A stretch of 64,000 bases of DNA from Candidatus Neomicrothrix sp. UBA2131 (GTDB lineage Bacteria > Actinomycetota > Acidimicrobiia > Acidimicrobiales > MedAcidi-G1): positions 18,083 to 82,082 of the forward strand of contig DCXR01000074.1 in NCBI GenBank assembly GCA_002329075.1. The letters are read 5' to 3'. The notes under the pieces were generated by a model that was not told where the DNA came from, did no database searches, and saw only the letters and a list, made by a program, of their open reading frames with translations. This document shows positions 8,033 to 16,490 of the stretch, in pieces. A program made the position numbers and the translations under genes. The stretch's first letter is position 1; each line of letters begins with the position of its first letter.

Positions 8033-8545
8033 GTGACCCCGATCCACTGCTGGCGCTCCCCAAAGGTGGAGGTCCGCGACGGTGCCCTGGCCGGCAGGGG
8101 CGTGTTCGCCACCGAACCCATCGCCGCCGGCGAGGTCGTCGCCGTCAAGGTCGGACACATCGTCGACCGGGAGGAGGTCGTGCGCCTGACCGCCGAGATC
8201 GGTGACCAGGCCCTCCAGATCGACGACGACATCTACCTCAGCCCCCGGACCGCAGACGAGGTCGTCCAGACGGCGATCCTCATCAACCACTCATGCGATG
8301 CCAACGTGGGCTTCCGGGGCCAGGTCATCTACGTGGCGATGCGGGACATCGCCGTCGACGAGGAACTCTGCCACGACTACGCCATGGACCGCACCGACGA
8401 ATACCGGTTGGAGTGCCGCTGCGGCACCGATGTGTGCAGGGGCGTGGTGACGGGCGAGGACTGGCGGCTCCCAGCGGTACAGGCCCGCTACGAGGGCTTC
8501 TTCCTCGAGTACGTGAATGCCAAGATCGAGGGGCTCGGGGACTAG
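8033..8545 (+). CDS. SET-domain protein (putative protein lysine methyltransferase), 170 aa
   Basis: Trimmed from ORF 7412..8545 to GTG 8033. SET signatures are RGVFA, NHSCDANV (NHSC) and ELCHDYA (ELxxDY), followed by a post-SET-like CRCGTDVCRG. Confidence 0.8.
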   Translation: MTPIHCWRSPKVEVRDGALAGRGVFATEPIAAGEVVAVKVGHIVDREEVVRLTAEIGDQALQIDDDIYLSPRTADEVVQTAILINHSCDANVGFRGQVIYVAMRDIAVDEELCHDYAMDRTDEYRLECRCGTDVCRGVVTGEDWRLPAVQARYEGFFLEYVNAKIEGLGD

Positions 8546-8805
8546 CGCCCCGGGTCCTCGCCCATCTCGGCGAGGGCGTCGCGGACGGCGCCGCGCAGCC
8601 TTCTGGCGATGTCGGGCGAAAGGTGCCCGATGAGGCCCTGGCCGGGCTTCCCGACCTCCTCGACGGTGAGGATCACACGGGGCCGGGCGTCCGCGTAGTC
8701 GTCGCTGATGGCGACAGCCCACGAGATCGGCGTGAGCTCGTCGTCCTCGAAGTCGGACGGGTAGTCGTCGGGGTGGAACGGGTAGTCATCGATGGAGCGG
8801 CGCAT
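8542..8805 (-). CDS. Hypothetical small acidic protein (87 aa)
   Basis: ATG start, strong GC3 codon bias, and a non-Arg-rich composition, unlike the antisense artefacts. I recognise no family. The 3' end overlaps the SET gene stop by 4 nt (convergent). Confidence 0.55.
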   Translation of the reverse strand: MRRSIDDYPFHPDDYPSDFEDDELTPISWAVAISDDYADARPRVILTVEEVGKPGQGLIGHLSPDIARRLRGAVRDALAEMGEDPGR

Positions 8806-8836
8806 GCCGACAGTCTGGCAGGACGTCCTGATCCCT

Positions 8837-8861
8837 AAATATGACTAATCCGATCATATTT
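8837..8861. promoter_or_regulatory. Inverted repeat AAATATGA-N9-TCATATTT in AT-rich divergent promoter region upstream of cysH
   Basis: Perfect 8-bp arms in the only AT-rich patch of this region. It lies between the small acidic ORF (start 8805) and cysH (start 8924/8936). Confidence 0.45.
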
Positions 8862-8908
8862 CTGTTGATTCGGGGACCCGGCGTCTGTAGGTTGAGTGTC
8901 AATCCTGA

Positions 8909-8921
8909 CCGATCTGATCGG
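8909..8921. promoter_or_regulatory. 13-bp palindrome CCGATC-T-GATCGG just upstream of the cysH start
   Basis: Perfect 6-bp arms with a 1-nt spacer, 3-15 nt upstream of the candidate cysH starts. It could be a protein site or a 5'-UTR hairpin. Confidence 0.3.
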
Positions 8922-8935
8922 AATTGCCCCACACC

Positions 8936-9634
8936 ATGCCCACCGCGACCCCGACCCCCGTACGACTGCGCCGCCCGGCCGCCCTGTCCGCGGCCGAGGT
9001 CGACGCGCTGAACGAGCGGTTCGAGGCGGCACACCCGGCCGAGGTCATCCGCTGGGCCACCGACGCCTTCGGCGACGGACTCTGCCTCACCACCTCGTTC
9101 TCCGACACCCTGCTCGTCGACCTGGCCGTGGCCGTCGACCCGGACATCGAGGTGGTGTTCCTCGACACCGGCCTCCACTTCGCCGAGACCCTCGACACCC
9201 TGCGGCGGGCGATGGTCCGCTACGGACTCCACCTCCGGGTCGAACGGCCTGACGGCGATGCCCCCGACCTCTTCGAACTCGGCACGGACGCCTGCTGCGC
9301 CTCCCGCAAGGTGGCCCCACTGGATCGGGCGCTGGCCGACAAGCGGGCCTGGCTCGCCGGCATGCGCCGCGACGACCACGCCGGGCGGGAATACACGCCC
9401 ATCGTGCAGGTCGACCGCCGGGGCCTGGTCAAGGTCAACCCCCTCGCCGCCTGGCCGGCCGCAGAGGCCGACGCCTACGCCGCCGAACACGACATCGTCC
9501 TGAATCCGCTCCTGGGAGAGGGTTACGAATCCGTCGGGTGCTGGCCGTGCACCGAGCGCCCGACCGATGGCGCCGACGCACGCAGCGGCCGCTGGGCGGA
9601 CAGCACCAGGACCGAATGCGGAATCCACCTGTGA
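8936..9634 (+). CDS. cysH: Adenylyl-/phosphoadenylyl-sulfate reductase (thioredoxin-dependent), Fe-S type
   Basis: PAPS_reduct-fold motifs and the C-terminal ECGIH are present. The CC...CWPC cysteines are typical of the Fe-S (APS) type. ATG 8936 was chosen; the ORF track's TTG at 8924 is also possible. Confidence 0.9.
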   Translation: MPTATPTPVRLRRPAALSAAEVDALNERFEAAHPAEVIRWATDAFGDGLCLTTSFSDTLLVDLAVAVDPDIEVVFLDTGLHFAETLDTLRRAMVRYGLHLRVERPDGDAPDLFELGTDACCASRKVAPLDRALADKRAWLAGMRRDDHAGREYTPIVQVDRRGLVKVNPLAAWPAAEADAYAAEHDIVLNPLLGEGYESVGCWPCTERPTDGADARSGRWADSTRTECGIHL

Positions 9635-10293
9635 GCAGCCACCCCTACCCCGTAAACCTGGACCTCTCCGGGCGCAACGTGCTCGTGGTCGGGGCCGGAG
9701 CCGTGGCCGAACGCAAGGTGCAGGGCCTGGTGGCCGCCGGCGCCCGGGTCACCGTCGTCGCCCCCGAGGCCGTACCCGAACTGGTCGAGGCCGCCGAGAA
9801 CGGTGCCGTCCGCTGGCACCAGCGCACCTACCGCCGGGGCGAGGTGGCGTCGTACCGCCTGGCCGTGGCCGCCACCGGCGACCCCGACGTGAACGGTCAG
9901 GTCCACTGGGACGCCGAGGCTGCCGGCGTCTGGCTGAACGCAGCCGACGACCCCGACCGCTGCTCCTTCACGTTGCCCGCCGTCATACGCCGCGACGACC
10001 TCCAGGTCGCCGTCTCCACCAACGGTCGCTCACCGGCCGTGGCCGCCTGGCTGCGCCGCTCCCTCGAGGAGTCGATCGGACCCGAGCACGCCTCGCTCCT
10101 CGCCCTTGTCGCCGAAGTGCGTGAGGACCTCCGGGTCGAACGCTCCACCACCGAAACCTCCGACTGGGAGGCCGCCCTCGATGGGGACCTGCTCGACCTG
10201 ATCCGGAGCGGCGACGTCGACGGTGCACGCCTCCGACTCCGCCGGGCCCTCGGACTCCCCGGGGCCCCCACCCTCGAAGAGGTTGCGTCATGA
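9631..10293 (+). CDS. Precorrin-2 dehydrogenase / sirohydrochlorin ferrochelatase (SirC/CysG N-terminal-domain type)
   Basis: Trimmed to GTG 9631, overlapping the cysH stop (GTGA). It has a Rossmann motif (VLVVGAGAVAERK) and siroheme-synthase N-domain-like sequence (VSTNGRSPAVAAWLR). Confidence 0.8.
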   Translation: MSSHPYPVNLDLSGRNVLVVGAGAVAERKVQGLVAAGARVTVVAPEAVPELVEAAENGAVRWHQRTYRRGEVASYRLAVAATGDPDVNGQVHWDAEAAGVWLNAADDPDRCSFTLPAVIRRDDLQVAVSTNGRSPAVAAWLRRSLEESIGPEHASLLALVAEVREDLRVERSTTETSDWEAALDGDLLDLIRSGDVDGARLRLRRALGLPGAPTLEEVAS

Positions 10294-11063
10294 CGGTGTA
10301 CCTCGTCGGTGCAGGCCCGGGTGATCCCGACCTTCTCACGCTTCGCGCCGCCCGCCTGCTGGCCGAGGCCGACGTCGTGGTCCACGACAGACTGGTCGAC
10401 CCCCGGGTACTCGACCTGATCTCCCCGTGGGCAGAGGTGGTCGACGTCGGCAAGCACCCCGGCGGCCCGGCCGACGCCCAGGGGCGCATCCACCGACTGC
10501 TCGTCGGTGCCGCCGGCCGGTACGCCACCGTCGTGCGCCTCAAGGGCGGCGACCCGTTCGTATTCGGCCGCGGTGGCGAAGAGGCCGCAGACCTGCTCAG
10601 GCAGGGAATCGACGTCGAGGTCGTCCCCGGCATCACGTCGGCCATCGCCGGTCCCGCCGCCGCCGGCATCCCCGTCACCATGCGGGGCCACGCCAGCGGA
10701 TTCACCGTCATCACCGGCCATCAGGACCCCACCAGCGCACGCAGCATCGACTGGGAGGCCGCTGCACGCCTCGGCACCACGCTCATCGTGTTGATGGGCG
10801 CCTCGCGGGCGGGCCTCATCGCCGAACGACTCCTGCTCGGCGGCCTCGACGCCGACACCCCTGTCGCCGTGGTCGAGTCGGCCACCACGCCCGACCAGCG
10901 GGTCGCCCACACCGTCCTCGCCGACCTCCCGGAGACGCCTGTCCATGCACCGGCAATCCTCGTCATCGGCTCGGTCGCCGGCCTCGACGTCACGGACGCA
11001 GCACTCGACGACCTGGTCGCCACCACAGCCGGCGAACACGGAGGTTCGTCATGGCTCAGGTGA
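10290..11063 (+). CDS. cobA: Uroporphyrinogen-III C-methyltransferase (SUMT)
   Basis: MTVYLVGAGPGDPDLLTLRA..., VVRLKGGDPFVFGRGGEE, VPGITSA. The ATGA overlap links it to the previous gene. Confidence 0.9.
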   Translation: MTVYLVGAGPGDPDLLTLRAARLLAEADVVVHDRLVDPRVLDLISPWAEVVDVGKHPGGPADAQGRIHRLLVGAAGRYATVVRLKGGDPFVFGRGGEEAADLLRQGIDVEVVPGITSAIAGPAAAGIPVTMRGHASGFTVITGHQDPTSARSIDWEAAARLGTTLIVLMGASRAGLIAERLLLGGLDADTPVAVVESATTPDQRVAHTVLADLPETPVHAPAILVIGSVAGLDVTDAALDDLVATTAGEHGGSSWLR

Positions 11064-12841
11064 CCAGCCCGCTCGAGACCGCCCCCATCGATCCGGAGAT
11101 CGCCGCCGACATCGACAAGTTCGATGAACAACTCGCCGGCTACTTCGCCGGGCGCGTCCCCGAGGACGTGTTCCGGGTCTTCCGGCTCAACAACGGCATC
11201 TACGGCCAACGCCAGGGCGGCACCAACCAGATGGTGCGCGTCAAGGTCCCCTACGGCGCCATGACCGCCGACCAACTCGACCTGCTGGCCGACGTCATCG
11301 TCGACCACAGCCGCGGCTGGGGCCACATCACCACCCGTCAGAACATCCAGTTCCACTTCGTGGAACTTGCCGTGGTCCCCCGGGTCATGCGCCGACTCGC
11401 CTCCGTGGGCCTCACCACCCGGGAGGCCTGCGGCGACACCGTCCGCAACGTGCAGGGCTGCCACCTGGCCGGCGCCTGCCCCTACGAGGTGCTCGACATC
11501 AGCGCCTGGTCCGAGGCCGCCTACCGGCACTTCGTCCGCAACCCGATCAGCCAGCGCCTCCCCCGCAAGTTCAAGATCAACTTCTCGGGCTGCGACACCG
11601 ACTGTGGGCAGGCCATGTTCAACGACGTCGGCGTGATCGCCGCCTCGCGCACCCATCCCGACAACAGCGTGGAACAGGGATTTCGGGTCTACATCGCCGG
11701 CGGCCTCGGCACGACACCGTTTCCAGCCCTTGCGCTCGAAGAGTTCACGTCCCGCGAGGACCTGCTCCCCACGATCGAGTCCGTCCTGCGGATCTTCGAC
11801 CAGACGGGCAACCGCGACAACAAGCTGCGGGCCCGCCTCAAGTGGGTCGTCGACCAGCTCGGCATCGACGAGGTCCGCCGCCGGGTGATGGCCACACGGA
11901 AGTTCCTGCCCGCCTCGGCGACCTGGCCGGGAGGCATCCCCGACATCGTCACCGACTGGGGCGACGACCCGGCAGGCGTCGCCGCCGACGCCACCCCGAC
12001 CCTGGTCGGCCAGGGCGTGCCCGTGTCACTCGGGGCCAGGACCCCGTTCGACCGGTGGGCCGAGGCCAACGTCGTGCGCGGTGCCGCCAACGGCACCGTG
12101 TCCGCCTACGCCTGCTGCGAACTGGGCGACGTCACCGCCGACCAGTTCCGGGCCCTGGCCGCCATCGTGCGCGAGTTCGACACCGATGCGCGGGTCACCA
12201 ACCGGCAGAACTTCGTGCTCCGCGACCTCACCGAAGACCAGCTGCCCGCCCTGTTCCAACGGCTCGTCGACGCCGGCATGGCGACGCCCGGCGCCGAACT
12301 GCTGCGCGACGTCGTGGCCTGCCCGGGCGCCGACACCTGCAACCTGGCGGTCACCCAGAGCCGCGGCCTGGCGAAGGCGATCGGCGAGGCGCTCGATGCC
12401 GAGGGCCTGGCCGAGGTCGGCGGCGTGCGCATCAACATCTCGGGCTGCACCAACAGTTGCGGCCAGCACCACACTTCCGACATCGGGTTCTTCGGCGCCG
12501 AACGGCGCGCCCACGGCCAGTCGGCCCCCGGCTACCAGATGCTGCTGGGCGGCTACGTCGGCCAGGAGCAGGTCCACTTCGGGCATAAGGCGTTGCGCCT
12601 CCCCGCCCGCAACGCCCCGCAGGCAGCCGTGCAGGTCGTCCGACGGTTCGTCGACGAGCGTCAGGCAGGCGAGAAGTTCCCGACCTGGCTGGAGCGCTCG
12701 GGTGGCGCCGGGGAGGTGGCGATCGGCCTCAAGGTGCTCGACCAGTTCCCGCTGCCCGACGAGGCCCCCGACTACTACGTCGACTTCGACGAGACCGGCC
12801 CCTACTCGGCCGAGGTCGGCGAGTCGGAGTGCGCCACCTGA
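11051..12841 (+). CDS. sirA: Ferredoxin-dependent sulfite reductase (NirA/SirA type)
   Basis: Trimmed from ORF 10427..12841 to ATG 11051 (MAQVTSPLE...). It has duplicated nitrite/sulfite-reductase half-domains and siroheme/4Fe-4S Cys motifs (ACPGADTCNLA, SGCTNSCGQHH). Confidence 0.9.
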   Translation: MAQVTSPLETAPIDPEIAADIDKFDEQLAGYFAGRVPEDVFRVFRLNNGIYGQRQGGTNQMVRVKVPYGAMTADQLDLLADVIVDHSRGWGHITTRQNIQFHFVELAVVPRVMRRLASVGLTTREACGDTVRNVQGCHLAGACPYEVLDISAWSEAAYRHFVRNPISQRLPRKFKINFSGCDTDCGQAMFNDVGVIAASRTHPDNSVEQGFRVYIAGGLGTTPFPALALEEFTSREDLLPTIESVLRIFDQTGNRDNKLRARLKWVVDQLGIDEVRRRVMATRKFLPASATWPGGIPDIVTDWGDDPAGVAADATPTLVGQGVPVSLGARTPFDRWAEANVVRGAANGTVSAYACCELGDVTADQFRALAAIVREFDTDARVTNRQNFVLRDLTEDQLPALFQRLVDAGMATPGAELLRDVVACPGADTCNLAVTQSRGLAKAIGEALDAEGLAEVGGVRINISGCTNSCGQHHTSDIGFFGAERRAHGQSAPGYQMLLGGYVGQEQVHFGHKALRLPARNAPQAAVQVVRRFVDERQAGEKFPTWLERSGGAGEVAIGLKVLDQFPLPDEAPDYYVDFDETGPYSAEVGESECAT

Positions 12842-12875
12842 TTCCCGGCTGATCCCCGGCTGGTTCGCCACTCGA

Positions 12876-12893
12876 CCTGCCCACTCGGGCAGG
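12876..12893 (+). terminator. Hairpin CCTGCCC-ACTC-GGGCAGG downstream of sirA
   Basis: Perfect 7-bp stem with a 4-nt loop, 35 nt after the sirA stop. It has no U-tract and ends 8 nt before the next start codon, so its function is uncertain. Confidence 0.3.
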
Positions 12894-12901
12894 ATCAGGG
12901 C

Positions 12902-13855
12902 GTGGCCATCGAGTTCCGCACCGAGGACGCTCCCCCGTACGGGGCCATCGAGCAGGTGTCGCCGCTCGTGCGCCGGGTGGTGGCCCACAACCCGTCGAGG
13001 TTCACCTACCACGGCACGGGCACCTTCCTCGTCGGACCACCCGAGGGTGGTCGTGTGGCGGTCATCGACGCCGGGCCGGACGACGACGACCACATCGCCG
13101 CGGTGCTGGCGGCGGTACGGGGCCAGGAGGTGACCCACCTGCTGGTCACCCACACCCATCCCGACCACTCACCCGCCACAGCCGCCCTCCAGACGGCGAC
13201 CGGTGCGGCGACGTTCGGCTTCGGTCCCCACCCGGAGGCCGCCATCCGGGCACACGAGGAGCGCAAGCGCCGGGCGGTCGAGGCCGGCGAGGAGCCCGAG
13301 TCCGACGACGGGGAGGGCGGAGGCGACCTGGCCTTCGTGCCGGACCACCCCGTCGCCGACGGCGACCTGGTCGAGGGCGACGGGTTCTCGTTCGGGTGCC
13401 TCCACACGCCGGGCCACATCTCGAACCACGTGTGCTTCTCGTTCGCCGAAGAGCGGACGCTGTTCAGCGGTGACCACGTGATGGGCTGGTCGACCTCGGT
13501 GATCTCCGCCCCCGACGGTGACCTCAACGACTACCTGGACAACCTCCGCCGCCTGATCGGACGCGACGAGGTCTGCTACCGCCCCACCCACGGACCGGCG
13601 ATCACCGACCCGGACCCGTACGTCGAGGCACTGGTCGCCCACCGGGCGTCACGTGAGCGCCAGATCGTGGCGGCACTGGCCGACGGTCCCCGCACCATCG
13701 CCTCCCTGGTCGCCGAGCTCTACGCACACGTGCACGAGGACCTGCACAAGGCTGCAGGAGCTTCGGTGTACGCCCACCTGCTGGCCCTGCAGCGGGCCGA
13801 CCGGGCCATCGTCGAGGGCGAGTCCGGGCCGAAGTCGGAGTGGGGGCTGCGGTAG
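12902..13855 (+). CDS. MBL-fold metallo-hydrolase (LACTB2-like, with C-terminal winged-helix-like tail)
   Basis: GTG start. It has the HxHxDH motif (THTHPDH) and downstream His/Asp ligands (TPGH, GDHV). Confidence 0.85.
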   Translation: MAIEFRTEDAPPYGAIEQVSPLVRRVVAHNPSRFTYHGTGTFLVGPPEGGRVAVIDAGPDDDDHIAAVLAAVRGQEVTHLLVTHTHPDHSPATAALQTATGAATFGFGPHPEAAIRAHEERKRRAVEAGEEPESDDGEGGGDLAFVPDHPVADGDLVEGDGFSFGCLHTPGHISNHVCFSFAEERTLFSGDHVMGWSTSVISAPDGDLNDYLDNLRRLIGRDEVCYRPTHGPAITDPDPYVEALVAHRASRERQIVAALADGPRTIASLVAELYAHVHEDLHKAAGASVYAHLLALQRADRAIVEGESGPKSEWGLR

Positions 13856-13862
13856 CGCCCGG

Positions 13863-14639
13863 TTACGGGTGGCGGCTCGAGACCGAGACGACCTCGCCGG
13901 TCATGTAGGACGACAGGTCACTGGCGAGGAACACCATCACGTTGGCGACCTCCCACGGCTCGGCGGCACGCCCGAAGGCCTCGCCGGCGACGAGGCCGGC
14001 CAGGAGTTCCTCGCTGCTGGTCTTCGCCAGGTGCGGGTGCATGGCGATGCTGGGCGCCACACAGTTCACCCGGACCCCGTACTCGGCGGCCTCGACCGCC
14101 GCCGATCGGGTGAGCGCCATGACGCCGGCCTTGGCGGCCGCGTAGTGGGCCTGGCCGGCCTGCGCCCGCCAGCCCAGCACGGAGGCGTTGTTGACGATGG
14201 CTCCGCTGCCACGTCCGGTCATGTGGCGCAGGGCGGTTCTGGTGCAGCGCATGGTGCCGGTGAGGGTGATGTCGAGCACCCGGTGCCACTCCTCGTCCGC
14301 CATGTCGACGAGGAGTGCCTCGCCGCCCAGGCCGGCGTTGTTGACCAGCACGTCGATGTGGCCATGGGCGTCGATGGCAGCGGCGAAGAGCCCCTGGACG
14401 TCGTCTTCGACGGTGACGTCGCAGCGGACCGCCAGCGGGCGTTCGCCGGCGAGTTCGGCCAGGGAGTCGGCCGCCTCGCCCAGGCGACGCTCGTGGACGT
14501 CGGAGACAACCACGACGGCGCCCTCTTCGACGCAGCGCTTCGCAGCGGCGAAGCCGATGCCCGCTCCGGCGGCGGCCGTGACGACAACGACCCGGCCATC
14601 GAGCAGGTTGCGACCCGGCGGGTACTCCGGAGCGGTCAC
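13863..14639 (-). CDS. SDR-family oxidoreductase (258 aa)
   Basis: Motifs VVVVTAAAGAGIG, NNAG and S...YAAAKAG. The 4-nt overlap links it to the upstream SDR gene. Its size and motif resemble the Rv3549c-type SDRs of steroid clusters (from memory, low certainty). Confidence 0.85.
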   Translation of the reverse strand: MTAPEYPPGRNLLDGRVVVVTAAAGAGIGFAAAKRCVEEGAVVVVSDVHERRLGEAADSLAELAGERPLAVRCDVTVEDDVQGLFAAAIDAHGHIDVLVNNAGLGGEALLVDMADEEWHRVLDITLTGTMRCTRTALRHMTGRGSGAIVNNASVLGWRAQAGQAHYAAAKAGVMALTRSAAVEAAEYGVRVNCVAPSIAMHPHLAKTSSEELLAGLVAGEAFGRAAEPWEVANVMVFLASDLSSYMTGEVVSVSSRHP

Positions 14640-15559
14640 GGGGCGGCGGCCTCTTCCGCCACCTTCTTCTCCGCCATCTCCTTCATACGTCGCTCGAGGT
14701 CTGCGAACATCGGCATCTCCTCCTGGCCTACCGAGACCGGAAGTCTCTCAGCAATCTCGTCCACGGTGAAGACACCATCGGTGTTGGCGACCATCTCGCG
14801 GACCTCGACGGGCTGGTTCCAGACGGCGATACGGCTCCCCGTGCAGGTGTAGGTCTGGGCGGTGATGTCCCGTGCTGCGTCGGAGAGCAGGTAGACGGCC
14901 AGCGGTGCGATGTCCTCGGGGGCACCGGCCTCGATCTCGAACGGCACGTTCTCGGCCATGCGGGTCATGGCGGTGGGGGCGATGCAGTTGGCGTTGATGC
15001 CGTACCGGCGCAGGGCGAAGGCGGCGCTGCGGGTCAGCGAGACGACGCCGCCCTTGGCCGCCGAATAGTTGGGCTGTGCCGTCGAGGCGACGAAGGCGCC
15101 CGAGGTGAAGCCGACCAGGCTGCCGCCGGTCTCCTGCTTGCGCATGACCGCCGAGGCGGCCCGGTAGAGGGTGAAGTGGCCCTTGAGGTGCACGGCCACG
15201 ACGTCGTCGAACTCTTCTTCGCTCATGTTGAACAGCATCCGCTCGCGCACGATGCCGGCCACGCACACGACGCCGTCGATGCTGCCCCAGTTGTCGACGG
15301 CGGTGTCGACGACCTGCTGGCCGACCTCCATCTTCGAGACGTCGCCGGCGACGGCGATCGCCGTGCCTCCGGCCGCCTCGATCTCGACGACGACGGCGTC
15401 GGCGACCTCGCTCGAGGGGTCGAGGCCGTCCAGGGAGACGCCGTAGTCGGCGACGACGACGTTGGCGCCCTCGGCGGCACAGGCGAGGGCGATCCCGCGA
15501 CCGATGCCGTTGCCTGCGCCGGTGACGGCGATGTTCTTTCCTGCGAGGTGTTCGTTCAC
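14636..15559 (-). CDS. SDR-family oxidoreductase with C-terminal extension (307 aa)
   Basis: GTG start. Motifs VTGAGNGIGRG and S...YSAAKGG are present, plus a roughly 60-aa C-terminal tail. Its size resembles Rv3548c (from memory, low certainty). Confidence 0.85.
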   Translation of the reverse strand: MNEHLAGKNIAVTGAGNGIGRGIALACAAEGANVVVADYGVSLDGLDPSSEVADAVVVEIEAAGGTAIAVAGDVSKMEVGQQVVDTAVDNWGSIDGVVCVAGIVRERMLFNMSEEEFDDVVAVHLKGHFTLYRAASAVMRKQETGGSLVGFTSGAFVASTAQPNYSAAKGGVVSLTRSAAFALRRYGINANCIAPTAMTRMAENVPFEIEAGAPEDIAPLAVYLLSDAARDITAQTYTCTGSRIAVWNQPVEVREMVANTDGVFTVDEIAERLPVSVGQEEMPMFADLERRMKEMAEKKVAEEAAAP

Positions 15560-15573
15560 GTGAACTCCTGGTT

Positions 15574-15590
15574 CCTGACGGTGCGTCAGG
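15574..15590. promoter_or_regulatory. Palindromic operator candidate, copy 2: CCTGAC-GGTGC-GTCAGG
   Basis: Perfect 6-bp arms in the 93-bp divergent region between SDR genes starting at 15559 (-) and 15653 (+). Confidence 0.55.
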
Positions 15591-15652
15591 TCACCCTACC
15601 GTCGACGCCACCGCACACGAAGGCCGCACCCGGCTGAGCGTAGGGTCATCAC

Positions 15653-16474
15653 GTGGCACTCCCCGATCCGCCCCCACCAGGCCCCGACGCCATCCGACTC
15701 GACGGCCGGGTGGCCGTCGTCACCGGCGGCGGCGCCGGCATAGGCCGCGGTGTGGCCGAGGTGCTTGCCGCCTTCGGCGCCAGCGTCGCCGTCTGGGAAC
15801 GCGACGCCGATACGGCCGACGTCGGCGCCGAGGTGGGTGGACTCGGCCTCACGGTCGACGTGCGCGAGGCAGACCAGGTCGAAAGGGCCCTCGAGGAGAC
15901 GACCGCCGGTCTCGGAACACCGACGATCCTCGTCAACAACGCCGGTGGCACCTTCCGGCAGCCCTTCCTCGAATCCACCCAGAATGGACGGGACGCCATC
16001 CACCGGGCGAACCTCGGACAGGTCCTGCTCTGCACACAGTCCGTGGCCCGGGCGATGGTCGACGCCCGGCTGGGCGGAAGCATCGTCAACCTCACGTCCA
16101 TCGAAGGAGACCGGGCCGCACCCGGCTACGCCGCCTATGCCGCCTCCAAGGCCGGCATCGCCAACTTCACGAAGAGCGCCGCCGTCGAACTGGCGCCCCA
16201 CGGCATCCGGGTCAACGCCGTCGCCCCCGACATCACCGCCACCGAAGGCATCCTCGAACGTGCGGGGGCGGACGCCCACCGGCGCTGGGCCGACCTGGTC
16301 CCACTGGGCCGCGCCGGCACCGTCGCCGAGATCGGTGCCGCCATCGCCTTCCTGGTGTCGGACATGGCCGCCTACATCACCGGCGAGACCCTCCACGTCG
16401 ACGGTGGCACCGCGGCCGCCGGGGGCTGGTACCGGCACCCCGGCACAGGCGACCAGGTACTCGGACCACGCTGA
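15653..16474 (+). CDS. SDR-family oxidoreductase
   Basis: GTG start. Motifs VTGGGAGIGRG, NNAG and S...YAASKAG. Confidence 0.9.
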   Translation: MALPDPPPPGPDAIRLDGRVAVVTGGGAGIGRGVAEVLAAFGASVAVWERDADTADVGAEVGGLGLTVDVREADQVERALEETTAGLGTPTILVNNAGGTFRQPFLESTQNGRDAIHRANLGQVLLCTQSVARAMVDARLGGSIVNLTSIEGDRAAPGYAAYAASKAGIANFTKSAAVELAPHGIRVNAVAPDITATEGILERAGADAHRRWADLVPLGRAGTVAEIGAAIAFLVSDMAAYITGETLHVDGGTAAAGGWYRHPGTGDQVLGPR

Positions 16475-16490
16475 ACCACCCGTCACCGCC

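Noticed and set aside
8904-8909. Isolated CCTGAC half-site upstream of cysH
   Set aside because: It matches the left arm of the CCTGAC-N5-GTCAG palindrome, but the right arm here is TGATC, not GTCAG. I treat it as coincidence and as part of a different palindrome (CCGATCTGATCGG).
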